A stretch of DNA of 64,000 nucleotides from Patescibacteria group bacterium (GCA_041662665.1 JBAZSC010000001.1:577511-641510), one strand, 5' to 3'; positions 10,465 to 22,306 are shown, numbered from the stretch's first letter. Notes: generated by a model from the sequence alone, not told the origin. Numbers and translations are program-made.

Positions 10465-11903
10465 CTATTTAAGATTAGCTTTAAAAATAATTTTATAACA
10501 TTTTTATCAATAACTTTAAACATATATATTAAAACAGAATAGACGATAGCGCTTAAAATTATTACAACAAAAAGATTCAAATTCAACACAAAATAAACAA
10601 AAACACCCATAATAGCAGTACACACAACTATCTTCAAAACACTTAAAATAGTAAATCTTGATATTTTAAAATTGTATTTATGACTAAAACAAAGTAGTAA
10701 AATAAATGCTAATATTTCTGATAAAACAGTTGTGAAGCTTGCACCAGCAGCTCCATACTTTGGAATAATAAACACGTTGGCAACAATATTAAAAATTGCT
10801 GCAATAATGATTTGATAAGCTACTATTTTTTGTAAATTAACAACATTCATAAGATTGGCGATGGATACATTCAAGAACATAAATACTAAAGCCCAAATCA
10901 GAACTCTCAGTGAGGATGAAGCTGCAATAAACTTTTCGCCATAGATAAGCAAAATAAGTCTATCAGCTAGTAGAGCTGTTCCGACTCCTATTGGAAAAGC
11001 AAAAATCGCCAAAATCCTGATTGATATTTCAAACAATTTCATTAGTTGTTCTCGAGACGATACAAAAAGTTTTGACATTATCGGATATATCGATGTAATA
11101 ACAATTCCTTGTATAAAATTCAATGCAAAGATTAAATTATAAGCTGCATTATACAAGCCGACTTCGCTATCTCCTTTAAAAAATTTAAGCATTACGCTAT
11201 CAATACGATAATAAATTGTCACAAATATTACTGAGATACCAAACGGCAAAGCTAGCTTGATAATATTTAACCAATGTTTTTTTGCAAAAGTAAATCTAAT
11301 TTTTGCCTTAAAATAAAAAATATAAATCAATAATGACAGAAGAAATAGAACAATGCTAGAAGCGAGATAAAGAAAAGCAAAGTCTACAGCATTTGCATTA
11401 ACATCTATCCTGATCAAAAAGAAAGCACCTATCAAAATAACCAAAGTCGAAACAATTCTGCCAATTGAAACATACTGCATCTTATTAAATGCCTGAAAAA
11501 CTGAAGTTAAAATTAATGCAAACGAATTAATAATTGCTGTAATAAACAAAACAACAATTATAATATTTAAATCATGTCCGTAGTTTACAAAATATAAGAT
11601 TAATCCAGTGATTAAAGACGTGACAAGAATTAAAATTATTTTAATGAACAAAACATTATTAAAATAGGAATTCATCTTTGACTCGTTTTTAGAAATCTCG
11701 CGTATCAGAATTGCAGATAGTCCAAGATCTAATCCAATACCACAAATTTCAACAAAAGACATGCCAAACATTAGCATGCCGTAGTCATCAACTCCTAAAA
11801 ATCTAGCAGAAATTACTACATAAAAAAAATTGATAATCTTAGAAAGAATATCAGCTGTAAATAAAAACAAAACATTTTTTGTCGCAGTCTTTGCTATTTC
11901 CAT
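10461..11903 (-). CDS. Wzx/MOP-superfamily oligosaccharide flippase (polysaccharide biosynthesis protein)
   Basis: A roughly 12-14 TM hydrophobic protein of 480 aa with the typical MOP layout. Confidence 0.7.
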   Translation of the reverse strand: MEIAKTATKNVLFLFTADILSKIINFFYVVISARFLGVDDYGMLMFGMSFVEICGIGLDLGLSAILIREISKNESKMNSYFNNVLFIKIILILVTSLITGLILYFVNYGHDLNIIIVVLFITAIINSFALILTSVFQAFNKMQYVSIGRIVSTLVILIGAFFLIRIDVNANAVDFAFLYLASSIVLFLLSLLIYIFYFKAKIRFTFAKKHWLNIIKLALPFGISVIFVTIYYRIDSVMLKFFKGDSEVGLYNAAYNLIFALNFIQGIVITSIYPIMSKLFVSSREQLMKLFEISIRILAIFAFPIGVGTALLADRLILLIYGEKFIAASSSLRVLIWALVFMFLNVSIANLMNVVNLQKIVAYQIIIAAIFNIVANVFIIPKYGAAGASFTTVLSEILAFILLLCFSHKYNFKISRFTILSVLKIVVCTAIMGVFVYFVLNLNLFVVIILSAIVYSVLIYMFKVIDKNVIKLFLKLILNR

Positions 11904-11904
11904 G

Positions 11905-12833
11905 CTAATTATTTTTAATCCACCAATTCAAACTATCTTTCAAAGTCTTATCGATATTATATTTGAATTTAAAACCAAGTTTTCTAAACTTTTTATTGTC
12001 TCCTTTTAAATCCATAATATCAACTGGCCTAAACTTATTTTTATCAATAACAACCTTAACTTTCTTTCCAGACATTTTAATCATTTTTGAAAGCAAGCTC
12101 TTAATTACATAAGACTTGCCGGAACAAACATTATAGGTCTCATGGCTTTTTCCTTTTTCAAGTAAAATTCGATAAGCAGCGACAACATCTCGAACATCGC
12201 TAAAATCACGTTTTGCATCTAAATTACCGACAAAAATTTCAGGTTCTGATTTTTTCAACTTTATCTCTGCTAATTGCTTAGCAAATTCTGGAATAACAAA
12301 AATAGGTTGTTGGCCTGGCCCAGTATGATTAAAACTGCGTGAAACAATCCAATCTAGATTTTTATAATTTAATAATAATTTTTCTTGCTCAACTCTTGAT
12401 TTTGCATAAGGACTTTCCGGATGCAATTCAAAAGATTCTTTAAGAGGCAATACTTTTGGCTTGCCATAAACTTCAGCAGAAGTAATAACTAATATTTTAG
12501 GATTAATATTTAATTTAACAATTGCATCGAGCAAATTCTTAGTGCCTTCAACATTTATTTTTCTACATAATTCCGGTTTGTCCCAACTATCTTTAACAGA
12601 ACTAAAACCAGCAAGATGAAAAACAAAATCTGGCTTAATTTTATTTATAACTTGAAAAACATTTTTTTTATCCAACAAATCGCATTTTAAAATCTTACTA
12701 GTTACTAGTTCCTTATTACTTGTTCCAGTTCTGTCTATTCCAAAAACCTCATATTTATATTTTAGCAATTCTTTTGCCAAATATGGTCCGACAAATCCTG
12801 ATATTCCTGTTATTAAAGCTTTCTTTTTCATCA

Positions 12834-12834
<1 letters not shown>
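11905..12834 (-). CDS. NAD-dependent epimerase/dehydratase (SDR), probably a GDP-4-keto-6-deoxymannose reductase (Rmd/fucose-synthase-like)
   Basis: Has a Rossmann GxxGxxG motif (ITGISGFVG). It is immediately downstream of gmd, and the specific function is inferred from that context. Confidence 0.65.
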
Positions 12835-15018
<2,184 letters not shown>

Positions 15019-15056
15019 GTAGTAAGTAGCAAGTAGTTCTTTCTACTTTCTACATT

Positions 15057-15491
15057 CTACTTTCTACTTAAACTTATATAATTCTTTACAACTATTATTG
15101 TTACCCCAATTAAAATAATTCCAAAAATTTCAATCATTACACTCAGCAGATTTATTTTTACACCAATCTTATTTACAAAAAATATCACTAACGGCACCAA
15201 AGCCAAAGATAAAGCAATAGATAAAATAATTCTTTCAACCCAATCAATACCGTCATTTTTTTCGTCAGAACTATTTATCAGCGTCGTATCAGCGTTAGTA
15301 TCAGCGTCAAATCCGCTTCTACGAAAAAAGACATAGCTCCACACAAAACCAGGAATAAATAAAACATAAATAATTCCAAATACCAATCTAAAAGAATTTG
15401 CAAAACCAAGCCAAATAGAAGATATTAAAGCAATGATTGACAAAATTGCTAGAAATATTAATATAAATTTAATGATTTGTTTTGGATCCAT
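15057..15491 (-). CDS. small 4-TM membrane protein, a stand-alone paralog of the N-terminal module of 22307..24409
   Basis: Shares LFIPGFVWSYVFFRRSGFDADTNADTT and VERIILSIALS...KIGVKINLLS with the large protein. The NADTNAD loop is encoded by an ATCAGCGT repeat element. Confidence 0.6.
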   Translation of the reverse strand: MDPKQIIKFILIFLAILSIIALISSIWLGFANSFRLVFGIIYVLFIPGFVWSYVFFRRSGFDADTNADTTLINSSDEKNDGIDWVERIILSIALSLALVPLVIFFVNKIGVKINLLSVMIEIFGIILIGVTIIVVKNYISLSRK

Positions 15492-15561
15492 GTATTTAGA
15501 TTATCTTCTTTATTTTAACCTAAAAATAAAAAAAATCAAGGAATTATCTACAGTTTGATAC

Positions 15562-15590
15562 TTGCAAATAATTATACTACAAGCTACAAT
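15562..15590 (+). promoter_or_regulatory. putative sigma70 promoter of cysD (TTGCAA-N17-TACAAT)
   Basis: The hexamers and spacing were read directly. It lies about 50 bp upstream of the cysD ATG. Confidence 0.35.
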
Positions 15591-15641
15591 TAGAGTGTTG
15601 AAATTATATTTTATTTTTTAGAAACTTAAATTATTAAAAAT

Positions 15642-16445
15642 ATGACACATTTAGACAATCTAGAAGCAAAAAGTATTTACATTATTAGAGAAGCTTACAA
15701 GCAATATCATGACATTGCTCAACTTTGGTCAATTGGTAAAGATTCAACAACATTATTATGGCTTTGTCGAAAAGCATTTTATGGTCACTTACCATTTCCA
15801 GTTATGCATATTGATACTAGCTTTAAATTTAAAGAAATCTATCAATTCCGCGATGAATATACAAAAAAATGGAATTTAAAATTGATTGTTCATAGGAATG
15901 AAGAAGCCTTAAAAGCTGGAATGAATCCAAAGACAAAAGACAAACTTGAATGTTGTGGTCAATTAAAAACAGAAGCTCTAAAACAAGGAATTGCTCAATA
16001 CAAATTCAAAGCTTTATTATTAGGCATCAGACGCGATGAACATGGCATCAGAGCAAAAGAAAGAGTTTTTTCGCCACGAAATCAACAATTTCAATGGAAC
16101 TACAAAGATCAGCCAGCAGAATTATGGGATCAATATAAATCAAAACAAGCATCTGAACAACACATTCGCGTACATCCGCTTTTAGATTGGACAGAAAAAG
16201 ATATTTGGGCATATGTAGAAAGAGAAAATATTCCAATCGTTGATTTATATTTTGCAAAAAATGGCAAAAGATTCAGATCAATTGGCTGTGAAACATGTTG
16301 TGGTCCTGTTGATTCTAATGCATGCAATGTTCATCAAGTTGTTGAAGAATTAGAAACAACAAAGGTTGCTGAAAGATCAGGCAGAGCACAAGATAAAGAA
16401 AGTGTTTATGTGATGAATAAATTGAGAGCACTTGGTTATATGTAG
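15642..16445 (+). CDS. cysD: sulfate adenylyltransferase subunit 2
   Basis: Carries the PAPS-reductase-like motif SIGKDSTTLLWLCRKAF and is colinear with E. coli CysD. Confidence 0.9.
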   Translation: MTHLDNLEAKSIYIIREAYKQYHDIAQLWSIGKDSTTLLWLCRKAFYGHLPFPVMHIDTSFKFKEIYQFRDEYTKKWNLKLIVHRNEEALKAGMNPKTKDKLECCGQLKTEALKQGIAQYKFKALLLGIRRDEHGIRAKERVFSPRNQQFQWNYKDQPAELWDQYKSKQASEQHIRVHPLLDWTEKDIWAYVERENIPIVDLYFAKNGKRFRSIGCETCCGPVDSNACNVHQVVEELETTKVAERSGRAQDKESVYVMNKLRALGYM

Positions 16446-16455
16446 TCTTTATAAA

Positions 16456-16561
16456 GATACAAGAAACAAGATACAAACAATTTCCAATATCCAAATTAAA
16501 ATAACCAAACGCGACGAGTTTGAATATTGGTTATTGAAATTTGTTTGTATCTTGTATCTTG
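16456..16561 (+). other. long imperfect inverted repeat (arms of about 40 nt, loop GCGACGAG) between cysD and cysN
   Basis: caagaaacaagatacaaacaatttcc...ggttattgaaatttgtttgtatcttgtatcttg; the arms are near-perfect reverse complements. Confidence 0.6.
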
Positions 16562-16585
16562 ATTATTTATTTAATTAAAAAAAAT

Positions 16586-17827
16586 ATGTTAGAAAAGCAA
16601 TATTTGAAATTGGTCATAACTGGTCACGTTGATCATGGTAAATCAACTTTAATTGGTCGTTTGCTTTATGATACCGGTGCTGTTCCAGAAGACAAAGTTG
16701 CCGAAGTAAAGCAAGTTTGTGAATCTTTGGGCAGAGAAATGGAATTTGGTTTTATTACCGACCATTTTCAAGAAGAAAGAGAGCAAGGAATCACAATTGA
16801 TACAACTCAAATATTCTTCAAAACAGAAAAAAGAGAATATGTCATCATTGATGCTCCTGGTCACAAAGAATTTTTGAAAAACATGATTACTGGCGCTTCA
16901 CAAGCTGAAGCAGCTATTTTGATTGTTGATGCCAGCGAAGGCGTTCAAGAGCAAACAAAACGCCATGCTTATGTTTTAAGTATGCTTGGTATTCAACAAG
17001 TTATTGTTGCCGTAAATAAAATGGATTTAGTTGAATATAAATTAGATAGATTCAATGAAGTTGTCCAAGAATTAAAAACATTCTTATCTTCAATTAATTT
17101 AAAACCAACTTATATCATTCCAGTTTCAGCAAACAAGGGTGAAAACATTGCCAAAAGATCAACAAGCATGAAATGGTACAACGAAAAAACAATTTTGGAA
17201 GCTTTAGACAGCTTTACTCCGCTTAAAGATAAAGCAAATGAAACTTTACGTTTTCCAATTCAAGACGTTTACAAAGTAGGTGATAAGAGAGTTTTGGTTG
17301 GCAGGTTAGAATCAGGTTCAATCAAGCAAGGTGATAAAATAATCATGTTGCCATCAAATAATGAGTCAGAAGTCACATCCATTGAAGAATTTGGCAATCC
17401 AAATAAAAAAGAAGCTCATGCAGGCGAAAGCATCGGCATTACAATCAAAGATGATCCTTTTATTGAAAGAGGAGAAATAATTTGCAAAAAAGAAGAAGCA
17501 CCACAAGTTTCTGATACAATCAAAGCAAATGTTTTTTGGATGTCAAAACAAGGCTATAAAAAAGGCCAAAAAATAGTTTTCAGATCAGTTACTCAAGAAG
17601 TTCCAGGAACAATTTCAATAATTAATAAAAGAGTAAATTCATCAACATTAGAAACCTTAGAAGAAAATGCACCAGTAATTAATAATACTGAAGTTGGCGA
17701 AGTTACAATAAAATTAGAAAAACCAATTGTAATAGACGCTTTTTCCAAAGTCCAAGAAACAGGACGTTTCGTTCTTGCTGATCAATATGATACTGTGGCT
17801 GGAGGAATTATTCCAGATATTAAATAA
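16586..17827 (+). CDS. cysN: sulfate adenylyltransferase subunit 1 (GTPase); no APS-kinase domain
   Basis: Carries the G1 motif GHVDHGKSTL, DAPGH and NKMD. Start trimmed to the ATG at 16586. It is 414 aa, so not a CysNC fusion. Confidence 0.88.
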   Translation: MLEKQYLKLVITGHVDHGKSTLIGRLLYDTGAVPEDKVAEVKQVCESLGREMEFGFITDHFQEEREQGITIDTTQIFFKTEKREYVIIDAPGHKEFLKNMITGASQAEAAILIVDASEGVQEQTKRHAYVLSMLGIQQVIVAVNKMDLVEYKLDRFNEVVQELKTFLSSINLKPTYIIPVSANKGENIAKRSTSMKWYNEKTILEALDSFTPLKDKANETLRFPIQDVYKVGDKRVLVGRLESGSIKQGDKIIMLPSNNESEVTSIEEFGNPNKKEAHAGESIGITIKDDPFIERGEIICKKEEAPQVSDTIKANVFWMSKQGYKKGQKIVFRSVTQEVPGTISIINKRVNSSTLETLEENAPVINNTEVGEVTIKLEKPIVIDAFSKVQETGRFVLADQYDTVAGGIIPDIK

Positions 17828-17831
17828 TTTT

Positions 17832-17943
17832 ACGAGAATCTAGAATTTAGAATCTTGAATCTTGAATCGAATTTAGAATGTAGAATTCTAAATTCCAAAT
17901 TCTTCATTCATTCTAGAATCTAGATTCCAGATTCTAAATTCTT
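17832..17943 (+). repeat. tandem heptamer array (TWGAATY, about 10 units) followed by inverted copies (GATTCTA); a large palindromic structure
   Basis: gagaatc tagaatt tagaatc ttgaatc ttgaatc ... ttctagaatctagattccagattctaaattctt. Confidence 0.7.
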
Positions 17944-18657
17944 ATGTTTATAATTCTAGGTTACGATGGTTTGGAATACGATTTTGTCGAAAAAAACAAT
18001 TTTCCAAATCTCAAACAACAATCACATGGCATGACAGATTTGTCCGAATTTAAAGAACCAAGAACAATTGTTATTTGGTCATCTTTTATGGTTGGCAAAA
18101 ATTTAGAAGCAGACATCTTGAAGCAAGGCGCCAAAATGTGGGGTTCAAAAATCAAACCAGAAGATACTTTTTTAAAAAATTTCAAAAGCCATTACACAAT
18201 TGATGTTCCAGGATTTTCCTATGTCCTAAAACAACATGAAACAGAACGCGATTTGCTAAAAGGCTTTTTTGACAAAAAAAATGGAATTAAAGAATTTGAT
18301 AAATGCGCCTTTGACCATCACAAATTTGTTAAAGAACAATTTTTTAAAGAATTAAAGACTAATAAAGATTTAGTTTTTGGCTATTTTAATTTAGCTGATG
18401 TTGTTGGCCACTTGAGTTTCGGACAAGAATTAAAGATGAAATTAATCTATCAAGAATTAAATGATATTGCCAAAAAAGTCCAAACAGAACACCCAGATGC
18501 AACTATATTAATCATTTCTGATCATGGTATGCAAGCCATTGGCCAATTTGGCGATCATTCAAGACATGGTTTTTGGTCATTAAACAAGCAAATTAGTTTA
18601 AATAACCCAAAACCAACTGACTTCGCTAATTTGATATCTCAAAATTTTCAAATTTAA
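17944..18657 (+). CDS. short alkaline-phosphatase-superfamily (type I phosphodiesterase/nucleotide pyrophosphatase-like) protein, a truncated paralog of 31004..32575
   Basis: The N-terminus GYDGLEYDF is comparable to GLDGGTFRA. The SDHG metal-site motif is shared. It is only 237 aa versus 523. Confidence 0.5.
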   Translation: MFIILGYDGLEYDFVEKNNFPNLKQQSHGMTDLSEFKEPRTIVIWSSFMVGKNLEADILKQGAKMWGSKIKPEDTFLKNFKSHYTIDVPGFSYVLKQHETERDLLKGFFDKKNGIKEFDKCAFDHHKFVKEQFFKELKTNKDLVFGYFNLADVVGHLSFGQELKMKLIYQELNDIAKKVQTEHPDATILIISDHGMQAIGQFGDHSRHGFWSLNKQISLNNPKPTDFANLISQNFQI

Positions 18658-18672
18658 GACTTAAAATATTTC

Positions 18673-18701
18673 TTGTCAAAAGCAGGAACATAAGTTAAAA
18701 T
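18673..18701 (+). promoter_or_regulatory. putative sigma70 promoter (TTGTCA-N17-TAAAAT)
   Basis: Read directly upstream of 18726. Confidence 0.4.
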
Positions 18702-18725
18702 TAATACATAAAGAACAAACAAATC

Positions 18726-20495
18726 ATGAAAAAATTTGTTATTTTTTGTATAACGATCTTTACTTTATTCCAAACAAGTAATTTTGTTTTTGCTGAATCA
18801 ATTATTGTCACTGGTATAAAACAAAATGAGTTACAGCCAATCAGAACTTATAGTTTGAATACAGGTAATAAAATTAAAGAATTTTATCCATATGGAAAAT
18901 ATTTTTCTGGTGGCATTAATATTGCTGTAGGTGATCTAACTGGTGATAATAAAGATGAAATCGTTGTCTCACCAAAAAGCTCATGGCAACCAGAAATTAG
19001 AGTCTACACAAAAAGAGGAAAACTCCTTTCAAAGTTTTTAGCTTATGGAAAAAGTTTCAAAAACGGCATCGATATTGCAGTTGGCGATACAAACAATGAT
19101 GGCAAAAAAGAAATTATTACTGCTCCTGGCATACATAGCGATCCGATATTAAGCATTTTTAATTATAAAGGTAAAAAAATAATGCCAGATATTTTGGCAT
19201 TTCCAACAAATTTCAATAGAGGATTAAGTGTTGCTACAGGAGATATAAATTCTGACAGCAAAGACGAAATTATTGTTACAACTAATTCTGGCCAAGCGCC
19301 ATATGTAGAAATTTATAATGACCAAGCAAAAAAAATCGGACAATTTCTAATCTTTGACCAAGAATTCAGAGGCGGAGTAAATATTGCAGCAGGAGATATG
19401 AATAACGACAGTTACGATGAAATTGCTGCTTGCCAAGCATCACAAGGCACAGCATGCAAAATCTTTCGTTTTGGTTTCAAAACAAATGCTGTAAAAGAAT
19501 TGAGTGTTGTCAAATATCCAACGAATATTATTCCAAATTTCGGCAATGTTAATTCAGACAATAATAAAGAATTATTAATCTCTGATAGCAAAAAACCAAT
19601 TTTAAGTAGTTATAGCTTGGCTTTAAATTCAAGAACAACATTAAAATTAGCAAATGAAAACGTTCATTCAGAAATAGCTTTTATTCCTGATAATACTTTC
19701 AATTTTGTTGTCTATGGTGATACTCAACAAGTAGATCGTACAAATCATTTAAGAATAATCGAAGGAATTAACAACCAAAAATACGATTTTGCCTTTCATG
19801 TTGGCGATTTTACCCAAGATGATTCTGTTAATGAATGGGAAGTGTTTCAAAGACTGGAAAGCTCTATCATCAATAAAACACCCAAAAAAGGATTAAGCTC
19901 TGCTTTTTTTCCTGTCATTGGAAATCACGAATATGCATTAGATAATTATTTTACTCTTTTTAATACTTATCCAAAAAATCAATCATATTATTCATTTGAT
20001 TATAAAAATGCCCATTTCGTAGTACTAGATACCGAAACTGATTTTTCTATGGGCAGTACTCAATATGATTGGTTAAATTCTGATTTAGCCCTAACAAACA
20101 AAACCTGGAAAATTGTTTTATTGCATCGTCCTCCATACAATTCAAATTATAAATACAATTATTTTCATCCCAATGTAGATGTTAAAAATGATATTGTTCC
20201 AATATTAGAGCAATATAAAGTTAATATAGTCTTTGGCGGACATTCTCATATTTATGAACGGACTTATCCGATTTTTCAAGATCAAGCAAATTTTGTTAAT
20301 GGAATCACATATGTTATAACTGCTGTCGCTGATTCAAATCCAATTATGCCAAATTGGTGGACAGCAAAAAGCAAATCAGAATCATCATTTGTTAAAATTC
20401 AATTACGTGATAACATACTGAAAGGATACGCATATAACGAAATGCAAGGCTCGATAGACAAATTCGCAATCAATTCTAACTTATCAAATTTATAA
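18726..20495 (+). CDS. secreted protein with N-terminal FG-GAP/VCBS-like repeats and a C-terminal calcineurin-like metallophosphatase (purple acid phosphatase-like)
   Basis: Has a signal peptide and repeated GDxNxDxxDEI motifs (GDLTGDNKDEIVV, GDTNNDGKKEII, GDINSDSKDEII, GDMNNDSYDEIA). The metallophosphatase motifs are GDTQQ, GNHEY, LLHRPPY, GHSHIYER. Confidence 0.8.
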   Translation: MKKFVIFCITIFTLFQTSNFVFAESIIVTGIKQNELQPIRTYSLNTGNKIKEFYPYGKYFSGGINIAVGDLTGDNKDEIVVSPKSSWQPEIRVYTKRGKLLSKFLAYGKSFKNGIDIAVGDTNNDGKKEIITAPGIHSDPILSIFNYKGKKIMPDILAFPTNFNRGLSVATGDINSDSKDEIIVTTNSGQAPYVEIYNDQAKKIGQFLIFDQEFRGGVNIAAGDMNNDSYDEIAACQASQGTACKIFRFGFKTNAVKELSVVKYPTNIIPNFGNVNSDNNKELLISDSKKPILSSYSLALNSRTTLKLANENVHSEIAFIPDNTFNFVVYGDTQQVDRTNHLRIIEGINNQKYDFAFHVGDFTQDDSVNEWEVFQRLESSIINKTPKKGLSSAFFPVIGNHEYALDNYFTLFNTYPKNQSYYSFDYKNAHFVVLDTETDFSMGSTQYDWLNSDLALTNKTWKIVLLHRPPYNSNYKYNYFHPNVDVKNDIVPILEQYKVNIVFGGHSHIYERTYPIFQDQANFVNGITYVITAVADSNPIMPNWWTAKSKSESSFVKIQLRDNILKGYAYNEMQGSIDKFAINSNLSNL

Positions 20496-20542
20496 TAATT
20501 CAGTTTTTCTTCGCAACTTATTAAACTTATATTTATTAAGTA

Positions 20543-20707
20543 ATGCCAAGAAAGCTAAACAAAATAATGTGTGATTGTACAAAATGCGATTGCGGATGCA
20601 ATTGCGAACATGATGAAGAAGAAAAAAAAGATGATCAAAAAGAATATACGAATGATGAAGAAAAAATGATCAAGGACAAATTAAAAGGTCTAGGTTATCT
20701 TGACTAA
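20543..20707 (+). CDS. small Cys-rich protein (54 aa) missing from the ORF track: MPRKLNKIMCDCTKCDCGCNCEHDEEEKKDDQKEYTNDEEKMIKDKLKGLGYLD
   Basis: An ATG at 20543 reaches TAA at 20705-20707. It has a CxCxxCxCxCxC cluster and an acidic/Lys tail, and is metallothionein-like. Confidence 0.4.
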   Translation: MPRKLNKIMCDCTKCDCGCNCEHDEEEKKDDQKEYTNDEEKMIKDKLKGLGYLD

Positions 20708-20714
20708 AAAATCT

Positions 20715-20790
20715 CAAATTTACACAAATTTAGCACGAATTACACAAATATTAGTTCGTGAAATTTGTGTTTAATTTGTGTAAATTAGCG
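20715..20790 (+). other. complex palindrome (aatttacacaaat ... atttgtgtaaatt) downstream of the small Cys-rich ORF and upstream of the flippase
   Basis: Inverted repeats of TTACACAAAT were read directly. It may be a terminator or an operator. Confidence 0.5.
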
Positions 20791-20795
20791 ATTCT

Positions 20796-22241
20796 ATGTT
20801 TAAAAGGTTATTATTTGATACAATGTTTGCCTTATCAGCAAATACAATCTTCAAAGTATTGAATGCAATCATTGTTATCGTTCTAGCAAACTATTTAGGA
20901 CCTGATAAATACGGCATCTATTCAACAGCCATTGCTTTCATTGGTATTTTTTTAGTCTTCAGCGATATGGGCTTAAGAATGCTTTTAATTCAAGAAGGCT
21001 CTAAAGATATCAAAAAAGCGCCAGTTTATTTTGGCAATGCAATAATATTTCAGTCAATTCTAACTGTTTTAGTCATTCCGATTCTATTTATTACTTCAAA
21101 ATTATTTGGCTATTCACACATTACAGTTATCTTGATATTGGTTTTAGGTCCAGCTTTATTTCTGATTGAACAATCTCGAGTCAGTTGGGCAGTTTTAAGA
21201 TTAAAAAATATTAATAATAGCGTTTCAATTTCTGAAGTCTTGCAAGGTTTTGCATCATTAGGCGCAATATTTTTTATCACAAAACTTTCCGATACTCCTA
21301 CAAATCAAACTCTATTTTATATTGCCATTTCACAACTTGTTATAAATTTTGTTTATTTTATAGTTTTATTTATCTATGCCTCAAAAGCTGTTTTTAAGCC
21401 AGAATTTGCTTTAAAAGCTTTAAAAGGCATGCTGAAAAAATCATATATTTTTGCCTTGTCAGAATTATTTTTCACTGTTTATTTTCAAGTCGATCAAATC
21501 GTAATATCAATCATAAAAAATGCTCAAGACGTTGGTTTTTATTCCGCACCATTTAAAGTCATTATTTTCTTTCTTTTTATTCCAAGAATTTTAGTTAGAA
21601 TTTCACGTCCATTCATGTACAAACTGTTTTATGGAGGAATGGACAAATACAAAAGAATAAATATTTTTTTTCATCGATATTATTCAGCAATTGGCATTCC
21701 ATTAGGCATTCTAACTATTTTGCTAGCTCAACCAATCATTTTGTTTTTGTTTAAAGAAAAATATTCAGCTTCAATTCCTGTTTTAAAAGTTTTTGGCTGG
21801 TTTATAATGTTTTATTTTATCTCAGTTGCATCTTCACAATCTTTAACAACATTATTAAAACAAAAAACATTAACCAAAATTCAAGCGACAACAGTTATAT
21901 TAAATCTTATTTTAGATATTATTTTTGTTTGTTATTTTGGCTTCGTCGGTGCTGCTTATGCCACATTAATTGTCCAAATCATCGCATCATGTCTATTCAT
22001 TTATTTTGATGCAAAATATATGCAAGAAAAAATAATAAACATAATAAAACCGCTATTTTCAATAATAGCGGCGGGAATCGGTATGGCAATTTTTACCTAT
22101 TTATTACGTAATACAGTAGAATTTATACTCTTAGGAATAATGTCTTGTTTCGTTTATATTTTATTTCTTTATATTTTCAGATTTTTCAACGAATATGATA
22201 TTAAATTATATCAACAAATAATTAAGAAAAAACATAATTAA
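20796..22241 (+). CDS. Wzx/MOP-superfamily flippase (polysaccharide biosynthesis protein)
   Basis: A 481 aa polytopic membrane protein with a Wzx-like N-terminus. Confidence 0.7.
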   Translation: MFKRLLFDTMFALSANTIFKVLNAIIVIVLANYLGPDKYGIYSTAIAFIGIFLVFSDMGLRMLLIQEGSKDIKKAPVYFGNAIIFQSILTVLVIPILFITSKLFGYSHITVILILVLGPALFLIEQSRVSWAVLRLKNINNSVSISEVLQGFASLGAIFFITKLSDTPTNQTLFYIAISQLVINFVYFIVLFIYASKAVFKPEFALKALKGMLKKSYIFALSELFFTVYFQVDQIVISIIKNAQDVGFYSAPFKVIIFFLFIPRILVRISRPFMYKLFYGGMDKYKRINIFFHRYYSAIGIPLGILTILLAQPIILFLFKEKYSASIPVLKVFGWFIMFYFISVASSQSLTTLLKQKTLTKIQATTVILNLILDIIFVCYFGFVGAAYATLIVQIIASCLFIYFDAKYMQEKIINIIKPLFSIIAAGIGMAIFTYLLRNTVEFILLGIMSCFVYILFLYIFRFFNEYDIKLYQQIIKKKHN

Positions 22242-22306
22242 TTTTGACAATATCTCGATATCATAATATCCGTAATATTAACCAATTTAAAATAACAAAC
22301 CTAAAA

